The notes under the pieces were generated by a model. It saw only the letters and a list, made by a program, of their open reading frames with translations, made no database searches and was not told the DNA's origin. Made by a program: the position numbers and the translations under genes. Of a stretch of DNA of 64,000 bases, positions 57,261 through 64,000 are shown one piece after another (position 1 is the first letter of the stretch; each line of letters begins with the position of its first letter). The stretch comes from Octopus sinensis (lineage: Eukaryota), in NCBI RefSeq assembly GCF_006345805.1, contig NC_043002.1, positions 73,470,001 to 73,534,000 of the forward strand, in the 5' to 3' direction.

Positions 57261-58399
57261 GAAAGACGTGCCAGAAAGACGTGATATCAGCAGGGCATGG
57301 AGAGAGAGAGGGAATAAGATGAACAAGAGAAGGCGAGCTGGTAGAAACGTTAGCATGCCCTGCGAAATGCTTTCGTCTGCCGTTACGTTCTGAGTTCAAA
57401 TTCCGCCGAGGTCGACTTTGCCTTTCATCATATAATCGACTTTATTCCTTTGTCTGTCCTTGTTTGTCCCCTCTATGTCCTTGTTTGTCCCCTCTAGCCC
57501 CTTGTGGGCAATAAAGAAATAAGATGAACAAGAGAAAGGTAATGAGAGAAGAGGCAAGCTAGTGAGAGAGGAGGCAAGCTAGTGAGATAGGATAATGAGA
57601 GAGATAGGCCGAGTGAAAAAATTATGAGTTACTGCTATATCAAATATATCAATGAGCTACGGTGAGAAATAGGACCATCTCTGCTAGAAATGGAAATGAA
57701 AATTCAATGTTGAAAGACGTATATAAGAAAGGATGTCCTTCGACTTAATATGGGGACAAAATATGAAATTACTAGCGAAGATAAAAATTAGAGGATAGAA
57801 AGTAGAAAATCAATCATTGTCGTGTACACAACCTGAACAGAGGGAAGTATTGGACACGCGTTTTGTTTTTATTTTTGTCCTTGTTTTTGCTTGCTTACAC
57901 CCAGAGCAATAGAATCCCCCACCTCTCTCCGCAGCCGATGCGTCTACTCAACACATTCCCTCCTCTACGACTTCCGCTAAGTGGGTGTAGCAGCACTCAG
58001 GTCGCACTATTAAATCCATACTCAGCCCACACCCACTCTTTCTCCCGTAACTCATCAATTCCAGCTCCTTATATTCGCCTCTCCATCCCCATCATGATAG
58101 GGGGTGTAAACTAGCGTTGTTGGGCCTGATAATATCAGTTCAATATCCACAAAAGTTGGGCCGTCGCTGATTAAACCGGCAACCCCACAGAACATGCTCT
58201 GTGAGGAGGATGTTTTCTTTCTATTTGGCCCCCTTGCAGACAAAAAAAAAACAACTTGGCAAAGAGCGGATGAACCTTGGAGAATCAACGGCCATCCAAT
58301 AAGTATTTCTTTAATAATAGTGCTGTCGATGATACCATTACTGGATCACAATAGTACTAATAATGATGTGCCACAGTCCTCTTTATGAGTGAAATGTCA

Positions 58400-59730
58400 C
58401 ATAAAAATTGTTATCACAACAACGTTGAAGAAACCAGATCGCCGAGGAAAGTTATCTTGCTCAAAACTGCAGTGTGAGCCTGGTAGTTATTCTAATACGG
58501 CTACAAAGATTATAAACTGGTCTTAAACTGACAATAGGACTGTGATGGAATGTTATTACAGAAGGATACAGGAAAAGGGATGTATGAAATATGGATAAAG
58601 ACAAGTTCCTTGTCACAGAATAAAGACTTCTAGACCAGAAAAATTTAATCGTGAAAAGACTGTGGCTACCCTAACAGGAACTGAAAGCGATCTCCACAAC
58701 AGCGAAGGAGGATAAAATATGACTATGCAGAACAAAAGAGTGAGAAAATCGAACAAAGGGTCAATAACAGACCGGATGAAAATAATTTTACTTAGTGGAA
58801 GGCAAGAATGTTACAGAGGGGGATAGGACCTTACTGCAACATCTAAATGAGACACGAACTAGGGAAAAGAAGGGATAGCAATCTTGAAAGGAAAACTACG
58901 TAAAGTAGTAAAGAAGATGGACGAACCGTTTACGAAAAACCACGTTGAAAATATATCAGATCTGAACGACCATATTTACAGCGCGGCTTCTATTACTATG
59001 AAAATTGTTTGAGTTAGATATCAAAGAAAAGCAAATGACAAAGTCCCATGGTGGGCGCGAAGTCTTGAGAACTAAGTTGAATAGCTCAACAAATTCTTGG
59101 AAGGATAAATGCAACGATAAAAAGATGGTGAAGGAAAGGCACAAATACGAACTCCAAAGAAAGTAGATTAGACCCAGTGGATTACAGGTAAAGTAAGAGT
59201 ATGACCAAAAAATCAAAGTAATGACAGATAAAAAGAAATTAGATGCCAACAAAGAATAAAGCAAATCTAGCAGAACAGGCCCTTCAGAAGCAATGAAAAA
59301 TAATTAACAGCTGAAGAACGAGAATGAACATCAGGGGTATAATGTGCCGTATGCTGAAACAGCAAGGAACTTTTGGTCAGAAATCTGCAGCAAAGAAATT
59401 CAACATAATATAGAAGCCAGCCGGTTATGAAAATTTAAATAGAAGAAGGAACGAAACAAAAAATATAGATATTGGATGAGGAAGTGAAAGAGAAAATATC
59501 AAATTGGAAGGCACCGGACCAGATGTTATTAAGGGATTCTGACTCAAAAATCTCTCCAGTATACACAGCCATATACAACCGTTTCTTACTGACTGTGTAG
59601 AAAATGGAACACCAACATCGATGACAAAAGGAAAGACAATACTGATACAGAATGACAAAGAAAGAAAGGGTAAGTCAATAATTGTAGACCCATTACATGT
59701 TTACTATTACTCTAGAAATTGTTAACAGAG
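58400..59730 (+). pseudogene. Decayed non-LTR retrotransposon ORF (R4/NeSL-like RT N-terminal region)
   Basis: PWW, NWKAPGPD..KGF.LKNL, MTKGKTILIQ and RPITCL..LWKLLT-like remnants with stops and frameshifts. Confidence 0.65.
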
Positions 59731-60769
59731 GAGGAAAAGAGATACAGAAACTCGAGAGGAACTGCTGATCTGCTATATATTGGCTAATCCACAGTGCTCC
59801 ATAAAGAGAAAAGGGCTGGTTTCACGGTTTCGTATATATTCCTCCTTGGACGGGACGCCGATACGTGGCAGGATTACTCATTTTAACCAGCTGAGTGGAC
59901 TGGAGCAACACGAAATGAAATGTTTTGCCCAAGAACACAACGTATCGCTCAATCTGTGAATCGAAACCACTATCTTATGAACATGACGTGCGTGCGTCTC
60001 ATACCACTTCACAACTGGTGTTGGTGTCTTTACGTCTCCGTAGCTTAGCGACTCAGCCAAAGAGACCTATAGAATAAGTACCAAGTTTTAAAACAAAATA
60101 AGTCCTGGGGTTGATTTTTCGACTAAAAAATTTTCAAAGCGATGCCCCAGCATGGCCGCAGACTAATGACTGAAACAAGTAAGAGATAAAAGATAAAGAC
60201 AAATGGTGTAGATTACGGTTTTATCGAAGTTTGATGTAAAAAAAATATGATGTAGAAACGGATGATTCACACACCTCAGCTTTGCTTTTTCATAGATTTC
60301 GATGATGAAGTGTGTGAATGGTCCTGCCCTTCTATTTTTTTCAAATCTAATTCCGATATAATTGTATTCTACTATATCTGAAACGTTTTTCTTGAAAACC
60401 TTAGTTAAGAATATCTGTTTTTCAAAACGTTATGAGGAAACAAAGTTGGGGACACATATCCGAAGTTAGGTCGATAGACTGAAAAATTTTATGCAATTTT
60501 TAAGTCAACATAATACGCCAATTCTTTCATAAACTCTGACACTGCCATTGAGTGCTTAGTGTTATTCTAAAATGTTTTACTGGGCAAGTGAGTACTATCA
60601 TTAGACGAATGAAGGATACAAAGAAAAATTAGATGCAGCATATCAGAACAATTACACAAATTGAGGATCAAATGTGTTAGTATTACTTATGGATTAGCAG
60701 AAATCCAGCCGGCGAGTTGGGGAGGGGCGTCTTTTTGTTAGTGGTAGAAGTGTTCCCAGTTATTTTAAT

Positions 60770-61390
60770 TATCCGACCTCTCTTCCACTGAGGAAATTTT
60801 CAATAATCACGCACCATATTATAATCAAGCACTCGTCGCTAGCGGCTTTTCCCAACAAATAGAATAAATTCATAACACCAGGCTCAAACAATACATATCT
60901 CAAATCACATTTCAAACACGCACCAACCATCACATATGCAACCAGCCACATACACTCGTCGATGGAGCCCATGAAGGTCTTACACCTAGGCAACCTAGAC
61001 CTACACACATTCATTTAACACAAAGTCAAAAATGAAAACAACTAAAACAGCTAACAACAACAGGCCTCGCCACCCACATTCTTCTCCAAAAATATACATA
61101 GCACTCCTTTATCTAAAAAAAACTTAGATAGCACTACTCCCAGACCCCGCTCAACCTGCAAATTTTGCCTGAAGGAGGCCCTTCACATATTAAAGCACAA
61201 CTCACCAGCGCTGCTAAATAAACATAATGAGGCCCTAAGCACATGCAACCACCGCTTTTTTCACACATTCAAATTCTACCACAAATCCAAATGCCTAAAC
61301 GACCATACAGTATCCCTTAGGTAATCCCAATAACCTTATAAATCTGCATTTTAACTCTTAATCCCTATCTAATTCCTCACTCATACTCGA
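60770..61390 (+). pseudogene. Penelope-like element RT C-terminal remnant
   Basis: DLSSTEEIFNNHAPYYNQALVASGF resembles the PLE LSS.EEIF...P.Y..AL..SGY motif; followed by microsatellite-rich sequence and the hammerhead-like motif at 62365. Confidence 0.55.
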
Positions 61391-62364
61391 CTATCACAAC
61401 CATCTAAACATATTCGTGTGTATATGCGTGCATGAATATGTACGTGTATATGTATGTGTGTATGCGTGTATGTATGTATGTGTGTGTATGTGTGAATTTA
61501 CGTATGTATACAAGGTGTGTTTACCAACGTATACAGGACGATAATACATACAGACACACGTATATATGGGTGTGCATGTGTGCATATACACATGAGTACG
61601 TGTTGTATATGTAGATATTGATATGTATAAACATCTGTATATATATACATGTCTAATATATACATATGTATACATCTTCACACATATATTTTTCTTCTAC
61701 TAAGCACTTACCTGTCCAGCCACCTAATCTATATTCCTAAATTCTTCATTCTACTACCCCTCTCTCTGCCCCATCACTTAGACTCTATCACTACTTAACT
61801 GACACTCCTTTACTGTTTATACCTCTCTCTCTCTCCCTCTCTCTCTCCCTCTCTCTATCACCCCCATTCTTTCTATATTTTTACACTCTAATACCTTTCT
61901 CTCTATATCATCCACATCTCCCCATTCCTACTTTCAAATTATCTTGACTGACCACTAACTGGTACACTTTCCCTTATTATCTCTCTCCTTGTTTTTCTTT
62001 TTTCTTTTCTTTATTCCTCTCTTCTTGTTTTTTCTTCTTTTTCTTCCCTTTTTCTTCTCTTTTTTTATTCCTCTCTTCCTGTTTTCGATTTGACCTTACA
62101 AATACATTCCCTACTTTTAGGTCACTTTAAATAAAACCCTTGATTCAATAGCACTGTGTACAAACTTTATACTTGGAATGACCAATTTTTGATACTATTG
62201 GATTTTACTCACAAGGTATTGGAATCTTAAATGTATACCATTCTGCCTAAATAATAGATCTACAAATACAATATCCCTCAAATCTCACATCTATTTTCAT
62301 TCCACTTCACTCTCTATTTCGTATCGTATCTAAATTAACTATTGCTTAACCATTTTCTCACACC

Positions 62365-62412
62365 GTCTCCGATGAAGTGATATAATAAATATCCTGGAAA
62401 CAGCTGTAAGAT
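62365..62412 (+). ncRNA. Hammerhead-like variant; related damaged copies at 46301-46343 (-) and 46661-46703 (+)
   Basis: GUCU-CCGAUGA-A-GUGAUAU-AAUAA-AUAUCCU-G-GAAAC-AGCU-GUA^AGAU. The 46301 copy keeps CUGAUGA but has lost part of stem II; the 46661 copy keeps GGGAUAU/AUAUCCC but lacks the start of the core. Confidence 0.5.
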
Positions 62413-63667
62413 CTATTTATAAATGTTCTAGAATATTCACAGTCTTGGTTTTTTATCTCATTCTGAAAAAAAAATGTATATATTTATATTTAAGATTTTT
62501 AAATTTTAAAATTTAAATATTTTATAAGTCTTATGGTATAATATTATTGTTTTTTTATGTAAATATTGATGTTTATGTAATGATCTAATTATCGTAATTT
62601 TTCTATATAATAATTAGATATTAACTTTACGTTTATTCGTAAGACTTTACTTAACCATAGAGATATATTGTTCGTTAACAATTATACGAGTTGTTTAAAG
62701 TTAGATTTCATGTATATACATGTATGGATAGCATTAATTTTAGTCTTAAATAACTATAATTGTTGATAGTTATTTTATATTTCTTATAATTATTATTATA
62801 ACTTATATATTGTCTTTTTAAATCGATAATTGGTAGTAATATTCTTCCCATTGATAAATATATTTGTAGTATTTATTTGATACTATATAACTACGAATTG
62901 ATTATTTCATTAAGTATTTTATTTTATTTTATTTTAACTATACGATTTTTGTAAGTTATTAGTTAGCCAACGAGATATATAGATAGTTAATTTGCTCCAG
63001 CGTTCGTTTAAGATTGTTTGTTTGTTTTTTTGCAATTAGCTATTTCATCTTTAATATTTTAATATTTTTATTAGTAATAATGAATAATTAATTTATTAAG
63101 TCTTTATTTTACGTGCATATATATTTATTTATAGAGATAATTTTAGATCTTAATTCTAATATTTATATATATTTATATATTTTCATTGATAATTTATATA
63201 TTATTCAAATATTATATATTTAATAATATGAATAGTCATTTTTTTTTGTAAAATATTTATGTAATTAGATATTGACTATAACTGATTTAAGATTATTTGT
63301 GGGTTTTTTGCCTTAAAAATTAATACTTAAAAATTAAAAATTAATATTTAACATTATAATCGATTGTATGACATAATCATAATCGTTAAGTTTCTAGTTT
63401 GATAATAGAGTTTTTTATTAGAAAAATTATTATTTTATTTATTTCTTAAAAAACATTGTTTAAATATTTCTGATTCTTTATTTAAATATTATAATTAACC
63501 TGAAGATTGACTATAACCATAATTCGAATTATTAATTGAATTTAAATTATTGTTATTCGAATTGGTTAATGGGCATGAAACGATCGTAGTGGTTTTACTC
63601 TTTATCTTATATTAAACTTTTAATACTTTTTGATAGTTATATTTTTTTTTTAATTAATAAATTAAAT

Positions 63668-63706
<39 letters not shown>

Positions 63707-63889
63707 AAAATTTATAAGTATAAATTATTAATTTAAATACTTTTTTAAATTTGAACTTTAATTTAAATATTTTAAATTTTGAATTTTATATTTTATATAT
63801 TTTTATTAATAAATGTTATTTCTATGTATTGGTTTATGATTTTCACTGTTTGATTTGCCTAATAGTGGTTTTATCTCTAATTTAATATA

Positions 63890-64000
<111 letters not shown>

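Overview
Repeat-dense, AT-rich intron-containing animal DNA, most likely octopus (inferred from the tRNA-derived SINE families and the very high (TA)n/(GATA)n/(TATG)n load). Most ORF-track entries are microsatellite or transposon noise. One real gene can be assembled by hand on the + strand from canonical GT-AG exons with matching phases: 9985-10045, 15436-15489, 16834-17039, 19551-19751, 22122-22340, plus a last exon present twice (36413-36601 and 48395-48583). It gives a 309-aa secreted protein (signal peptide, short acidic pro-region, hydrophobic/amphipathic helix, alpha/beta body) whose layout resembles, by eye, the Cyt/volvatoxin cytolysin fold. The two last exons are both intact, 74% identical in protein and diverged mostly at non-synonymous sites. 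The second signal is about a dozen type I hammerhead-ribozyme motifs from several unrelated repeat families. Several sit in fold-back palindromes, one pair flanks a tRNA-like Pol III head, and one lies in the sense direction between the two last exons; decayed Penelope-like RT fragments are nearby. The rest is decayed LINEs, Tc1/mariner remnants, a mariner MITE, a non-autonomous Helitron, SINEs and two near-identical local duplications. All calls were made by eye; no searches were run.
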